Below are positions 29,487 through 39,631 of a stretch of 64,000 nt of DNA, piece by piece. The notes beneath the pieces are model-generated. The model searched no databases. It was given only the letters and a program-made list of their open reading frames with translations, and was not told the DNA's origin. The stretch covers positions 32,001-96,000 of the forward strand of contig JBBTCT010000001.1 of assembly GCA_038060895.1 (NCBI GenBank), written 5' to 3'. Position numbers and translations under genes: made by a program. Each line of letters starts with the position of its first letter. Within the stretch, counting starts at the first letter, position 1. The DNA comes from Planctomycetota bacterium. Its GTDB lineage: Bacteria > Planctomycetota > MHYJ01 > WSZJ01.

Positions 29487-29918
29487 ATGAGACTCCTCCC
29501 CGCACTGTTCGCCGCCGCGTTGCTCGCCGGCTGCGCTTCAACGGACAAACCGGCCGCGACCGTCGGCCTGGTGAAAATCCCGGTGACAGACGTTGCGAAG
29601 GCGTCGGCGTTCTACCGGGAAACACTCGGCCTCAAGGAAGAATTCGCGGTCCCTGAATTCGGGTGGGCGCAGTACGAGACCGGCGCGGTGCCGCTCTGCC
29701 TCTACGTGCCGGGCAAAGGTGGCGGAAGCGGCGTCCCGGGCCATTGCGACAGCGTGCATCTGGTAGTGGGGGATGCGACGGCGTTTCATGATGCGGTCGC
29801 GAAGCGGTGCAAGTCGCCGGTGGGGGCGGTGATGAAAAGCGAGGATGGGAACGTGTTCTTTGAAATCCGGGATCTGGACGGGAACACGATCAAGGTGATG
29901 CAGGAAGAACGGCGGTAG
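29487..29918 (+). CDS. VOC/glyoxalase family lipoprotein
   Basis: Lipobox LLAGC; IPVTDVAKASAFYRETLGL and IRDLDGNTI motifs. Confidence 0.85.
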   Translation: MRLLPALFAAALLAGCASTDKPAATVGLVKIPVTDVAKASAFYRETLGLKEEFAVPEFGWAQYETGAVPLCLYVPGKGGGSGVPGHCDSVHLVVGDATAFHDAVAKRCKSPVGAVMKSEDGNVFFEIRDLDGNTIKVMQEERR

Positions 29919-29937
29919 GCGTTTGAAAAACGACTTG

Positions 29938-30056
29938 AACCACAGAGTCACCGAGAGAACGGCGTCCTCGAACAGTCGAATCCATGCCGGCGGAGCCAGC
30001 GCGATCTCGGCTCGTGAAATGAAGTTGTTCTCCGTGCCTCTGTGACTCAGTGGTGA
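29938..30056. repeat. Intergenic imperfect inverted repeat (CACAGAG type)
   Basis: aaccacagagtcaccgagag ... ctccgtgcctctgtgactcagtggtg. Confidence 0.6.
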
Positions 30057-30103
30057 GCCTTTGACGTTTTTCTTCGCAGGTCAACCCAGGTGAGGAACTC
30101 GTC

Positions 30104-32410
30104 GTGCGAAACGGTTTCGTCCAGGTTCAGGCAGCATTCCTCGCCGCGCTCTGCGGCTGCGGAGGCGGCGAACACGCCTCCGACAAGCCCGCGCCCATCG
30201 AGATCACGATCGACCGCGACGACATCGACGTGACGACGGACGTGCGCGTGAAGCCCGGCGTGTACCGGATCTCCGATGCGAATGGCGACGGCGTGCTGCG
30301 CGTGAAGACGGACGGTGTGACGGTGGACCTCACGGGCGTAACGCTCGTGGGCGCCCCCGACGGCGCGATGCCGGACTCGTTCGAGGGCATTGCGGTGCGC
30401 GTTGACGGCGCGGCCGGCGTGCGGATCAAGGGCGGCACGATGCGCGGCTACCGCGGCGGGATCTACCTGAAGGACTGCAAGGGCGTGTTCGTCGAGGGCG
30501 CGGACGTTTCCGACAACCGCGCGCAGCGCCTGAAGTCCACGCCCACCCGCTGCGACGACGGCGCGGACTGGCTCGGTCCGCACTTCAATGACAAGAACGA
30601 GTGGTGGAGCGAGTACGGCGCCGGGATCTATCTCGACAACTGCCAGGTTTGTGCCGTCACCGGTTGCCGCGGGCGGCGTACGCAGAACGGGATCATTCTG
30701 CGCGACACGACCGACTCGTTCGTGACGGACAACGACATGAGCTGGATGAGCGGCTGGGGAATCGGGATGTGGCGCTCGTCGAAGAACGAGATCAGCCACA
30801 ACCGCTGCGACTACGGTGTGCGCGGGTATTCGTACGGCGTGTACGACCGCGGGCAGGATTCGTCGGGGATCCTGATGTTCGAGCAGTGCTCCGACAACGT
30901 CATCGCGTACAACTCCGCGACGCACGGCGGCGACGGGATTTTCATGTACGCCGGACACGAGACGACGCAGCGCACGGGCGAAGGCGGCTGCAACCGCAAC
31001 CTCCTCTACCGGAACGATTTCTCGCACGCGGTCGCCAACGCGATCGAGTGCACGTTCTCCGACGGCAACCGCTTTATCGAAAACAGGCTCGACGATTCCA
31101 ACTACGGGATCTGGGCCGGGTATTCGTTCAACACGATCATCGCGGGCAACATCTGCCGCGACGCGCGCATCGCCGGTGTCGCGATCGAGCACGGGTTCGC
31201 GAACCGGATCGAGGGAAACGTCTTCGAAAGATGCTCGACCGGCATCGAAGCCTGGTGGGACGACGACGCAGATCTCATGGGCGGCGTGTACGGAAAGAAA
31301 CGCCACTGCCGCTCCGAGGACTACGAAATCACCCTCAACCGCTTCCGCAATTGCAAGCTCGGCCTCCGCCTCGGCCAGACCGGCGACGTCGCCGTGCAGA
31401 GCAACGAATTTGAACGCTGCGGCCGCGTCGCCGACTTCAAAGGGACCTGCCCCGATTTCCGTTTCGATTTCAACCGCGTCCTCGGCCAGTCGCCGGGCTG
31501 GTTCCGCAACGACACCGGGTCGAAGATCGAGATCGGCCCGTGCCTCTGGAAGGACGGGAAGCCCGCAGACACCGACGACGTCGTGTACTCGCTCGGCCCG
31601 GAGTCGCTGAACCTCGATTTCACGGCGATTTCGCACAAGGAGAAGGAGCCGGAGCTGCACGGCAAGATCGACGCAATGCTGCCGAAGGACGCGAAGCGCG
31701 GGATGAAGACGATCGTGGTGGACGAGTGGGGGCCGTGCGACCCGGCGGTGGCGAAGATTTTCCCCGCGCGGCAGACAGCGTGGGAGCAAGCGGAGTTCTT
31801 CGTGTTCGGGCCGGAAGGGACGTGGAGGGCCGTCGAGAAGAACGTGGCGGACCTGAAGGAAGACGGCGGAACCGTGCCCGGAAAAGTGATCGTCGTTGGT
31901 TTCCTGAACGCAAGCGTGGAAGAGTTCTCATTCACCATCGAAACGTCCGCGGGCGCACGGCTGAAGGCGTCCGGCGTCCTGCTTCGGGCGTCCTGGGACG
32001 TGGAGTTCCGCTCGTGGCAACCCGGCGACGGCGAGCACGGCGGCTACGCGACGAAACTCAATGACGCCGGCTGGGCGAAACTGATGGAGGAGCGCCCCGC
32101 CGTCAACGCGAAGCTCACCTCGCTCCGCACTCCCTGGGCCGCCCAGCCGATCCCGCACGACCACTTCGCCACGCGCGCCCGCACGACGATGACGTTCCCC
32201 GCAGGGAAATGGCGCTTCACTACGACCAGCGACGACGGCGTGCGCGTCCTCATCGACGGAAAGAGGGTCATCGACAACTGGACGTGGCACGCGCCGGCGC
32301 CGGACGAAGCCGTGGTCGAGCTCACGGCAGGCGCGCACGAAATCCTCGTCGAGCATTTCGAGATCGACGGGGCGGAAGCGCTTGACTTCGGGATCGAGCC
32401 TGCGAAGTAA
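30104..32410 (+). CDS. Lipoprotein with right-handed parallel beta-helix (NosD/CASH-like) repeats and C-terminal PA14 domain
   Basis: GIYL/GIIL/GIGM..N beta-helix repeats; FTTTSDDGVRVLIDGKRVIDNW PA14 motif. Confidence 0.85.
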   Translation: MRNGFVQVQAAFLAALCGCGGGEHASDKPAPIEITIDRDDIDVTTDVRVKPGVYRISDANGDGVLRVKTDGVTVDLTGVTLVGAPDGAMPDSFEGIAVRVDGAAGVRIKGGTMRGYRGGIYLKDCKGVFVEGADVSDNRAQRLKSTPTRCDDGADWLGPHFNDKNEWWSEYGAGIYLDNCQVCAVTGCRGRRTQNGIILRDTTDSFVTDNDMSWMSGWGIGMWRSSKNEISHNRCDYGVRGYSYGVYDRGQDSSGILMFEQCSDNVIAYNSATHGGDGIFMYAGHETTQRTGEGGCNRNLLYRNDFSHAVANAIECTFSDGNRFIENRLDDSNYGIWAGYSFNTIIAGNICRDARIAGVAIEHGFANRIEGNVFERCSTGIEAWWDDDADLMGGVYGKKRHCRSEDYEITLNRFRNCKLGLRLGQTGDVAVQSNEFERCGRVADFKGTCPDFRFDFNRVLGQSPGWFRNDTGSKIEIGPCLWKDGKPADTDDVVYSLGPESLNLDFTAISHKEKEPELHGKIDAMLPKDAKRGMKTIVVDEWGPCDPAVAKIFPARQTAWEQAEFFVFGPEGTWRAVEKNVADLKEDGGTVPGKVIVVGFLNASVEEFSFTIETSAGARLKASGVLLRASWDVEFRSWQPGDGEHGGYATKLNDAGWAKLMEERPAVNAKLTSLRTPWAAQPIPHDHFATRARTTMTFPAGKWRFTTTSDDGVRVLIDGKRVIDNWTWHAPAPDEAVVELTAGAHEILVEHFEIDGAEALDFGIEPAK

Positions 32411-32419
32411 GCGACCGCG

Positions 32420-35400
32420 CTAGTACTTGTCCACGTACTTGAGAAGCTCGCCCAGGATTCCGAGCAACAGGGCCTTCTCCGCGTCGGCGAGGGCGGGCCA
32501 GGACTGCGACGCCAGCCACGCCGTGCTGCCGGGCTCCGCGGCCTTCGCCGCTTCGAGATCGGCGCGCCCCTCGGCGTCGCGCCCCGCGCGCAGGCGCATG
32601 AGGCCGCGGTGAAACAGCGCCCGGGCGCGAGCGGCCGCTTCCTTCTCGCCGCACAGGTCCAGCGCCCGTGCGTACAGCGCTTCGGCTCTCGCGCCGTCGC
32701 CGAGAAGAAATGCGCCGCCCGCGGCCGCGAGGAGTTCGGGGAGAGTCTCGTCGCGGGGCTTGAGCAGCCTCGGGGCGGCCTCGCCGCTGAAAACGCGGAG
32801 CTTGCGGACGCGGACGGCGGAGTAGAAGGGCGTCACGGCGGGGGGGGCCCGGGAGGACAACCGCCCGAAGACTCCCTGCCCGCGAGGGATGGGCGTACCG
32901 AGCGGGATCGCAATGTCGGGCGGAGGATTGTCGCCGTCGAAGTGGAGGCGCGCGCGCTCATCTCCGGGCACGACCTCGAGCGAAACGCGGTACCACGTAT
33001 CCGGGGAGGGCTTCCACGAATCCGGCGGCGGGCCCATGCGATCGGTCGGTGCATCGCCGCCCTCGCGCGCGAGGCGAATGGAGAAGACGGGGAGATTGGT
33101 CGAGCCGTCGGGCTTCAATTGAATCGCAAGCTGGTGGCTTCCGACCGCGAGGCCGAAATGGAAACGGCTCTCCCATTCGATCCGCGGGATCTGCATTTCC
33201 CATTCGAAGCGGATCGGCCCGCCGGCGTACTCGAACGCGAGGCCGGCGTTGAAGGCGTCGGAGCGGTGGGCACGGATCTCGAGCGCGTCGCCGGAGGGCG
33301 CGCAGGTGAGCGGCATCTCCGTCGCGAACGATTTCCCGTCGAGGAAGCGATCGAGGCGGATGCGCTCGGTCAGCGCGGACGCGGCGGAGGACCACGCAAG
33401 GCGGTGTTCCTCACGGCGCCGCTCGACCGGGTCGAGCCCCGGCATCGCCAGCAATTCGGAAGAGATCCTCGCGAGCGCCGCCCAGTCCCCCGCTTCCTGA
33501 AGGCAGTTCGCCAGCGCGCGCACGACTTCCTCCGCGCGGTCCTTCACGGAATCCAGCGCCTGCGCCGCTTCCGACCACCGCTTCTGCTCCATCAACGCGA
33601 GGGCCAGGCCGTGGAAATCACCGGCCTCGCGGGAAGCGACTTCGGCTTCGCTCACCAGTCCGAGGGCGAGGAGCTCGCGACCGGCGGGAAGGGCCGGGCC
33701 CGCAGCGGCAGCGGGAGCGAGGGCGGGCGGTGCGGGTTCGCGCTTTCCGGCGCCGAGGATGCGCAGCATCCGGGACCCCGAGACCTGTTCGTTGAGGAGG
33801 ATCTCGTCGTCCCCGTCGCCGTCGACGTCGGCGATGCCCGCGACGCGGACGCGCCCGCGGGCGAGCGTGCGGGGCGAAGAGGCGGGGGCGTCGAGCGAGA
33901 GAAGACTCACGAGGAAATCGTCGTGCTCGCCCGAAATGCTCCTGGCCTGCGTGACGAGCCAGGTCCGGCCGCCGATCTTCGCCTTGTCCAGGTAGACGTA
34001 GCGGTACGGAAGCTGTGCCGGGGGCGCAAAGAGGACGGGCTGCCCGATTTTCCCGGCGGCTTCGATGCGCAGTTCGTGAATTCCGTCGTCGATGACGGGA
34101 AAATCCCGGTCAACGCCGGCCTCGCGCAGCACCTTGCGGTCGGCCTCCGGGCAGAAGCTGACGAACAGGACCCTTCCGTCCTCGAGCCTCAGGAACCGCA
34201 GCGCCAGGCAGTGCGCGAACGCTTCGAGGCGCTTCCACTCCCGCGCCTCCCCGTCCCAGCGCACCAGCCAGATCTGCCAGTGGTTCCACGCTCCCAGGCT
34301 GACGAGCACTTCGGGGCCCGGCTCCGGGTGGAAATCGCCGGCGAGAAGCGCGTCGATCTGGCTGATGCCTCCGTTCGACTTCGAGAGCTTCGTGTCGCTC
34401 ACGACCTCGATCGATCCGCCCGGCGCGAGGCGCACGACCATGAAGCTGCGCGTGAAGTAATGGATGCCGGCCAGGAGCTCGACGCGCCCGTCTCCGTCGA
34501 TGTCGGCCACATGAAGAGCCGAGATTCCCGCGGTGAGGTCCACGCGGCCGCGGGGCAGGAAGCGGCTGCCGTCGAAAGTCCAGGCCGCGAGGTAGCCGGT
34601 GTGTTCGTTCGCGTTGCCACAGCCGATGACGACTTCGGGGCGCATGTCGCCGTCGAGATCGGAAACGAGCAGGCCCGACTCCCGTGCGTTGGCGAGCGGC
34701 GGAAGTTCCAGCGACGCCGCACGCCGGAACGCCGCCCCGGTCCCCCGGTAGTACGCCAGCTCCCCGCCGTCCATGACCAGCATGTCCACGCGCCCATCCC
34801 CGTCGAGGTCCTTCAGCGCAAACTTCTCTCCCGGCGACCGCTGCTCCGTGACGGGAAGCAACCCGGCCAGCACCCCCGCCGCGGCCCGGGCTTCCGCCAC
34901 CGTCTCCGCCCGGGACCGCGCGTCCGCCATGACCGCTTCGTACGCCGCCAGCGCGTTCGCGTGCTCACCCCGGTCGTCGAGAATCCGTGCGATCCGGAAG
35001 CGCGCCTCGGGTGCGCGCGGCGATTCGGGAAAACGGTCGAGCAGGGCGCGAAACGCGCCGCTCGCGCTGGCCGCGACCGATTTCTCCTCGTAGGCGGCGC
35101 CCATCTCAAAGAGCGCTTCCGCCGCGACGTCCCGGTCGGGCGCGGTGTCGATCGCGGCGCGCCAGGCGCGGGCGAATTCGAGTTGCGCGGCGGCGCGTGC
35201 CTTCGCGTCGCCTCCCGCCGCGAATGCGCGCCCGGCTACGAGGCGCGCGCGGGCGAGAGCGTGCTTCTCCCCCTTCGAAGCGGCCTCGCCGTATTTCGCC
35301 ACGTGCGCCAGCGCAAGGTCGCGCGCTTTCGACGCGTCGCCGGCTGCCAGCGCGGCTTCGGCTTCCTTGAGCAGCAGCGCGGAAGCGGTCTCGCGGCCGG

Positions 35401-36565
35401 CCCGCTCTTCGCGCGCCCTCCGCTCGTCGAGATTTCGCCGAAAGGAGGGCCACGCCGCGGCGGCCACGATGGCGAGAAGCGCCACGAACGCGACGGAGGC
35501 GACGGCGCGGTGGCGCCGCAGCGACTTCATCGCGAGGTAGGCGAAGCTCGGCGGGCGCGCGCTGATCGGCTCGCCATCGAGCCAGTGCGTCAGGTCCTCG
35601 ACCAGCGCCGCGGCCGTCGCGTACCGGCGCTCGCGGTCCTTCTCCAGGCATTTCAGCACGACAGTCTCGAGGTCCGCGTCGATCCGCCGGTCGATTTTCC
35701 GCGGGGCCGGCGGCTCAGCCGTCAGCACGGCATTCAGCAGCTCGCCGAGGTTCGCGCCATCGAACGGCGGCCGCCCCGTCAGCAGTTCGTACAACGTGGC
35801 GCCGAGCGCGTAGATGTCCGCACGCGCGTCCACCGCTTCCCCTCGCGCCTGCTCCGGCGGCATGTACGCGGGCGTGCCAACGAGGACGCCGGTGATGGTG
35901 AAGTGGCTTGCGGACTCGATCGGCCGGGCGAGGCCGAAGTCCATGACGTAGACGTGCCACGCCGGCGTCGCGCCGGATTCCGGACGACCCGCGGCCGATT
36001 GCGCGCGCCGCGCGACCATCACGTTGTCCGGTTTCAGGTCGCGATGCACCACGCCCTGCTCGTGCGCGTACGCCACCGCCCGCGCCGCGTCCCGCACGAG
36101 CATCGCCGCCAGCCGCTGGTCGCCGCGCGGCGTCTTCCGAAGCGTCTCCCCGTCCACGAACTGCATCGCGATGTACTGCCGTTCCCGGTCTTCGCCGACC
36201 TCGTGAATCGCCGCGATGTTCGGGTGCGACAGCGCCCCGGCCGTCTGCGCTTCGCGCCGGAACCGGGCCACGTCTTCCTCGCCGAATCCTTTGAGAAATT
36301 TCAGAGCCACCCACCGCCCGATCTGCGTGTCCCACGCCTTCCAGACCTCGCCCATCCCCCCCGACCCCAGCAGCTTCACGCGCACGAATTTCCCGAAGCG
36401 CGCATCGGCGCCAGCCGCCTCGACTTCGGCAGGCGCCGGGAGCGAGGGGCCGGGGCGTGAAGCGGCCCCCGCGGTGCCGCGGAGGACGGTGGGCAAGTTC
36501 GCGGCGGAGCCCGGGACCAGGGTCCTCGCGTCAGAAACGGGCTCGCCGGAAGGGGGGTCAGTCAC
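32420..36565 (-). CDS. Membrane Ser/Thr protein kinase with extracytoplasmic TPR and FG-GAP repeats
   Basis: LGSGGMGEV, VALKFL, HRDLKPDN, DFGLA and GTPAYMPPEQ motifs; TM segment; DLDGDG repeats. Confidence 0.93.
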   Translation of the reverse strand: MTDPPSGEPVSDARTLVPGSAANLPTVLRGTAGAASRPGPSLPAPAEVEAAGADARFGKFVRVKLLGSGGMGEVWKAWDTQIGRWVALKFLKGFGEEDVARFRREAQTAGALSHPNIAAIHEVGEDRERQYIAMQFVDGETLRKTPRGDQRLAAMLVRDAARAVAYAHEQGVVHRDLKPDNVMVARRAQSAAGRPESGATPAWHVYVMDFGLARPIESASHFTITGVLVGTPAYMPPEQARGEAVDARADIYALGATLYELLTGRPPFDGANLGELLNAVLTAEPPAPRKIDRRIDADLETVVLKCLEKDRERRYATAAALVEDLTHWLDGEPISARPPSFAYLAMKSLRRHRAVASVAFVALLAIVAAAAWPSFRRNLDERRAREERAGRETASALLLKEAEAALAAGDASKARDLALAHVAKYGEAASKGEKHALARARLVAGRAFAAGGDAKARAAAQLEFARAWRAAIDTAPDRDVAAEALFEMGAAYEEKSVAASASGAFRALLDRFPESPRAPEARFRIARILDDRGEHANALAAYEAVMADARSRAETVAEARAAAGVLAGLLPVTEQRSPGEKFALKDLDGDGRVDMLVMDGGELAYYRGTGAAFRRAASLELPPLANARESGLLVSDLDGDMRPEVVIGCGNANEHTGYLAAWTFDGSRFLPRGRVDLTAGISALHVADIDGDGRVELLAGIHYFTRSFMVVRLAPGGSIEVVSDTKLSKSNGGISQIDALLAGDFHPEPGPEVLVSLGAWNHWQIWLVRWDGEAREWKRLEAFAHCLALRFLRLEDGRVLFVSFCPEADRKVLREAGVDRDFPVIDDGIHELRIEAAGKIGQPVLFAPPAQLPYRYVYLDKAKIGGRTWLVTQARSISGEHDDFLVSLLSLDAPASSPRTLARGRVRVAGIADVDGDGDDEILLNEQVSGSRMLRILGAGKREPAPPALAPAAAAGPALPAGRELLALGLVSEAEVASREAGDFHGLALALMEQKRWSEAAQALDSVKDRAEEVVRALANCLQEAGDWAALARISSELLAMPGLDPVERRREEHRLAWSSAASALTERIRLDRFLDGKSFATEMPLTCAPSGDALEIRAHRSDAFNAGLAFEYAGGPIRFEWEMQIPRIEWESRFHFGLAVGSHQLAIQLKPDGSTNLPVFSIRLAREGGDAPTDRMGPPPDSWKPSPDTWYRVSLEVVPGDERARLHFDGDNPPPDIAIPLGTPIPRGQGVFGRLSSRAPPAVTPFYSAVRVRKLRVFSGEAAPRLLKPRDETLPELLAAAGGAFLLGDGARAEALYARALDLCGEKEAAARARALFHRGLMRLRAGRDAEGRADLEAAKAAEPGSTAWLASQSWPALADAEKALLLGILGELLKYVDKY

Positions 36566-36574
36566 AATGAGATC

Positions 36575-37348
36575 CTACTCCCCAACCTCCGCTTCCAGCG
36601 ACTCCACCCACTTCTCGACGTCCTCCCTCTTCACCCAATCCCGCGGCGCGACTTCGAGCGCCTTCCGGCAATCGGCCAGCGCGCCTTTCGCGTCTCCCAG
36701 CGCCCTCGTCGCGCTCGCGCGCAGGAACCATGCTTCCGGGTCCGTGCCGTTCCTCGAGATCGCTTCGCCCGCGTCCGTCTTCGCGCCTTCGTGATTCCCG
36801 GTGCGGAAGCGGACCTCGCTGCGTCCCCGCCAGGCGCGCGGCGGCTTCGGGTCGAGCTCGATCGCTCTGTCGTACGCCGGGAGCGCCGAGGCGAAATCGC
36901 CCTTGAGCCGGAGCGCGTCCGCGCGGCAGGCCCACGCGGCGCCGTCCGCCGGGTTGAGTTTGATCGCCTCCGCGTAGTCCGCGAGCGCGCCGTCCAGGTC
37001 CCCGCGCATCGCCTTCACCGCGCCCCGCGTCGCCCACGCACCGCGCGACCCGCCCGCGATCGCCGCTTCGCAGTCCGCCTGCGCCCCGGCGAGATCGCCG
37101 GCCGCGTATTTCAGCGTCGCGCGGACCTCGAGCAGCGCAACGTTCCCAGGCCGGTCCGCCAGCGCTTCATCGTAGTCCGTGATGGCCCGCCCGTAGTTCC
37201 CGAGCAGCACCATCTCAGCTGCATGTTTTGTTTTCGCCGCGACGCGCGCATCGCGCGACCGCGCGCGCATCATGAGGGCAAGAGCGACGATGACTCCCGC
37301 GCAAGCCAGCGCCAGCGCGGTGGTCAGCCAGGGAATTCGTCTGGGCAC
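36575..37348 (-). CDS. Membrane-anchored TPR protein
   Basis: N-terminal TM; GDLDGALADYAEAIKLNP-type TPRs; co-oriented with the kinase. Confidence 0.85.
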   Translation of the reverse strand: MPRRIPWLTTALALACAGVIVALALMMRARSRDARVAAKTKHAAEMVLLGNYGRAITDYDEALADRPGNVALLEVRATLKYAAGDLAGAQADCEAAIAGGSRGAWATRGAVKAMRGDLDGALADYAEAIKLNPADGAAWACRADALRLKGDFASALPAYDRAIELDPKPPRAWRGRSEVRFRTGNHEGAKTDAGEAISRNGTDPEAWFLRASATRALGDAKGALADCRKALEVAPRDWVKREDVEKWVESLEAEVGE

Positions 37349-37371
37349 GCTCAGCTCTCCCGACTGCCCTT

Positions 37372-37797
37372 TCACTTCCCTACGCCACAGCACTTCTTGA
37401 ACTTCTTCCCGCTCCCACACTTGCACGGATCGTTCCGCCCCGGCTCCGCCGCCGCGATCTTCACCGGCAGCCTCTTCGCCTGGTCCTCCCGCGCCAGCGA
37501 CTCGCCGCGCTTCACGGCTTCCTTCGCCATCGCGTTCGCGTTCGGCAGCAGAAGCGCCTTCCCGGCCCACTCGAGGAAACCGCCGATCATTTTCGGCGCG
37601 TCGTCGAGCCGCGCTTTTTTCATGCGCGGGATGACGCTCTGAAGCGCCTTGTCCACCGCAGGACCGTTGAGCTCGGAAGCCTTGCAGCCGGTGGCTTCGA
37701 GGAACGCGTTGAGGATGTCGGGCATGTCGCGGCCCATGTAGGACCACGGTGACGAGAGAGTGTGCGCGATGAAGTCGCCGACGATCTTGTCGTTCAT
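37372..37797 (-). CDS. SEC-C metal-binding motif protein
   Basis: C-terminal PGRNDPCKCGSGKKFKKCC. Confidence 0.85.
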   Translation of the reverse strand: MNDKIVGDFIAHTLSSPWSYMGRDMPDILNAFLEATGCKASELNGPAVDKALQSVIPRMKKARLDDAPKMIGGFLEWAGKALLLPNANAMAKEAVKRGESLAREDQAKRLPVKIAAAEPGRNDPCKCGSGKKFKKCCGVGK

Positions 37798-37814
37798 GGT
37801 GAAGATGGCTCCAC

Positions 37815-37846
37815 GAAGTAAGAACGGCCTCCGCGATCGGAGGCCG
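37815..37846 (-). terminator. Probable intrinsic terminator downstream of tRNA-Thr
   Basis: Stem cggcctcc/ggaggccg followed on the minus strand by TTCTTACTT. Confidence 0.55.
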
Positions 37847-37868
37847 GTGTTGCTCGACAAAGTCCGGT

Positions 37869-37908
37869 GCCCTTCGACTCGCCCGCCTGCGGCGGGCTCG
37901 CTCAGGGC
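37869..37908. repeat. REP-like element CTTCGACTCGC...GCTCGCTCAGG, copy 1
   Basis: gcccttcgactcgcccgcctgcggcgggctcgctcagggc; an inverted relative lies at 44918-44944. Confidence 0.7.
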
Positions 37909-37938
37909 TTTTTGAGGCTCGCGGAGCGAGCCCCTAAA

Positions 37939-38010
37939 AGCTGGCCATGGGGATCGAACCCACAACCTGCGCTTTACGAAAGCGCTGCTCTACCATTGAG
38001 CTAGGCCAGC
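37939..38010 (-). tRNA. tRNA-Thr(CGT), CCA not encoded
   Basis: Reverse complement GCTGGCCTAGCTCAATGGTAGAGCAGCGCTTTCGTAAAGCGCAGGTTGTGGGTTCGATCCCCATGGCCAGCT forms a full cloverleaf with anticodon CGT. Confidence 0.97.
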
Positions 38011-38089
38011 AATTGTCTCGGAATCTTAGAGGGAAATCGGTGCGAGTCAAGGGCGCCGTGACGTCCGGCGGCAGTACCATTCCTCGCGC

Positions 38090-39631
38090 ATGCACGCCGA
38101 GACCGCTTACCTTTTCCGCCACGCTCTCCTGCGCGACGCCGCGTACCAGCTCCAGCTCCCCGGCGACCGAGCGCGGATGCACGAGATCGCATTTGAGGTG
38201 CTCGAAGATTTCGCCGGCGGCCGGCCGCCGGAGCCGCCGGGCGCGGCCGAGGAAAACTCGGCCGTCACTCCCCACGCAGCCGATCCCTTTGCGTTCGAGC
38301 TCGCCACCCATGCCCGCCTGGCGCGCACAGCCGCGTCCGCGGACAGGACGGCGATGGACGCCGCGCTTCGCCTCTACCTCCGGCGCGGCGCCGAGCATTC
38401 AGAACGGGTTTTTCAGTCAGAAGCGGCCGTCAGCCTCTGGCAGCAGCTCGCGGAAGTTCAGCAGGGCGTGGAATGCGCCGAGGCGCTTCGAAGGGCCGCA
38501 GCCGCCGCCCACCAGGCCGGATGGACCCGGCTCGCGGAGCCGCTCTATCGCCGGGCGGCGGCGATGTTCCGGGACTTTTGCGCGCGGCGGAACGAGGGAC
38601 ATGCCCTGATCGGCGTCTCCGACCTGTGCCGCATGACGGCCCGGGTACCCGAGGCCGAGAGGGTGCTGGAAGAGGCGCTCGGGATATTCCGGGAGATCGG
38701 CGACAAGCGCCTGAAAGGTGTCGTTCTCGGAAGTCTCGGGAGCATTTTCCGGGCGACCGGGCGACCCGGGCGGGCGCTCGCGAATTACGAGCAGGCGCTG
38801 TCGCTCCATGTCGAGACGCGCGACCGCCACAGCGAGGGCGTCTGCCGCGCGAGCCTGGCCCGGGCGTGGCAGGATGCGGGACGCCTTCTGGAGGCGGAGG
38901 AGGGGCTCGAGCGGGCCCTTGCGATTCACCGCGAGCTGGGAGAGAAACGCTTTGAAGGCATCGTCCTGGGCAGCCTTGGGGTGCTCCGCCAGAAGACGCG
39001 ACACTTCGAGGAAGCAGAACGGACTTACCGTCACGCGCTGGCGCTGCTCGGGGAAACCGGTGACCGGTTCTTTGAAGGCGTTGCGCTCGGGAATCTCGCG
39101 GGGCTCCTCGTGTTCCTGGGCCGTTTCGAAGAATCGGAGGCGCTGCTTGTGCGCGTGCTTCCTTTCCACCGGGAATACGGCGACCGGCGCGGCGAGGGCA
39201 TTGCGCTGGGGCGTCTGGCCAGCGTGTCCCAGGGGATGGGTCGGCTCGAGCATGCGGAGAAACTCGCGCAGGAAGCGGTCGCCATTCATCGTGAAGTCGG
39301 GAATCGGGCGCACGAAGCGTCGGACCTCGAGGTGCTGGCCTTCATCGTCGAGGAATCGGGCCGGCATGAGGAAGCTCTGTCCTGCCTGAGGCAAGCGGCG
39401 GAGATCTACCGGCGGATCGGCGACCGCGATGGCGAAGGCGGCAATTCCTGCGACTTCGCCACGCTGCTCGTGGCGTCGGGTCGTGTGGACGAAGCACGCG
39501 CGGCGTGGTCCCGGGGCGTCGCGATTCTGCTGGAACTGGGCGACCGGGGCCAGGTCGAGCGGAAGTCCGCGCGCCTGCGCGATGTGTGCGCCGGGGCGGG
39601 AGTTCCTCCCTTTCAAGCGCCGGACGCATGA
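38090..39631 (+). CDS. TPR protein starting with a STAND-type winged-helix motif, paralog 1
   Basis: Starts MHAETAYLFRHALLRDAAYQLQLPGDRARMH; about 40-aa MalT/LGN-like repeats (GEKRFEGIVLGSLG...). Confidence 0.9.
   Translation: MHAETAYLFRHALLRDAAYQLQLPGDRARMHEIAFEVLEDFAGGRPPEPPGAAEENSAVTPHAADPFAFELATHARLARTAASADRTAMDAALRLYLRRGAEHSERVFQSEAAVSLWQQLAEVQQGVECAEALRRAAAAAHQAGWTRLAEPLYRRAAAMFRDFCARRNEGHALIGVSDLCRMTARVPEAERVLEEALGIFREIGDKRLKGVVLGSLGSIFRATGRPGRALANYEQALSLHVETRDRHSEGVCRASLARAWQDAGRLLEAEEGLERALAIHRELGEKRFEGIVLGSLGVLRQKTRHFEEAERTYRHALALLGETGDRFFEGVALGNLAGLLVFLGRFEESEALLVRVLPFHREYGDRRGEGIALGRLASVSQGMGRLEHAEKLAQEAVAIHREVGNRAHEASDLEVLAFIVEESGRHEEALSCLRQAAEIYRRIGDRDGEGGNSCDFATLLVASGRVDEARAAWSRGVAILLELGDRGQVERKSARLRDVCAGAGVPPFQAPDA

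Noticed and set aside
32609-36460. 1283-aa plus-strand ORF and similar long opposite-strand or alternate-frame ORFs (e.g. 22645..24735, 6105..7826, 11910..13529)
   Set aside because: These are shadow ORFs typical of high-GC DNA: Arg/Pro-rich, without recognisable motifs, and overlapping well-supported genes.
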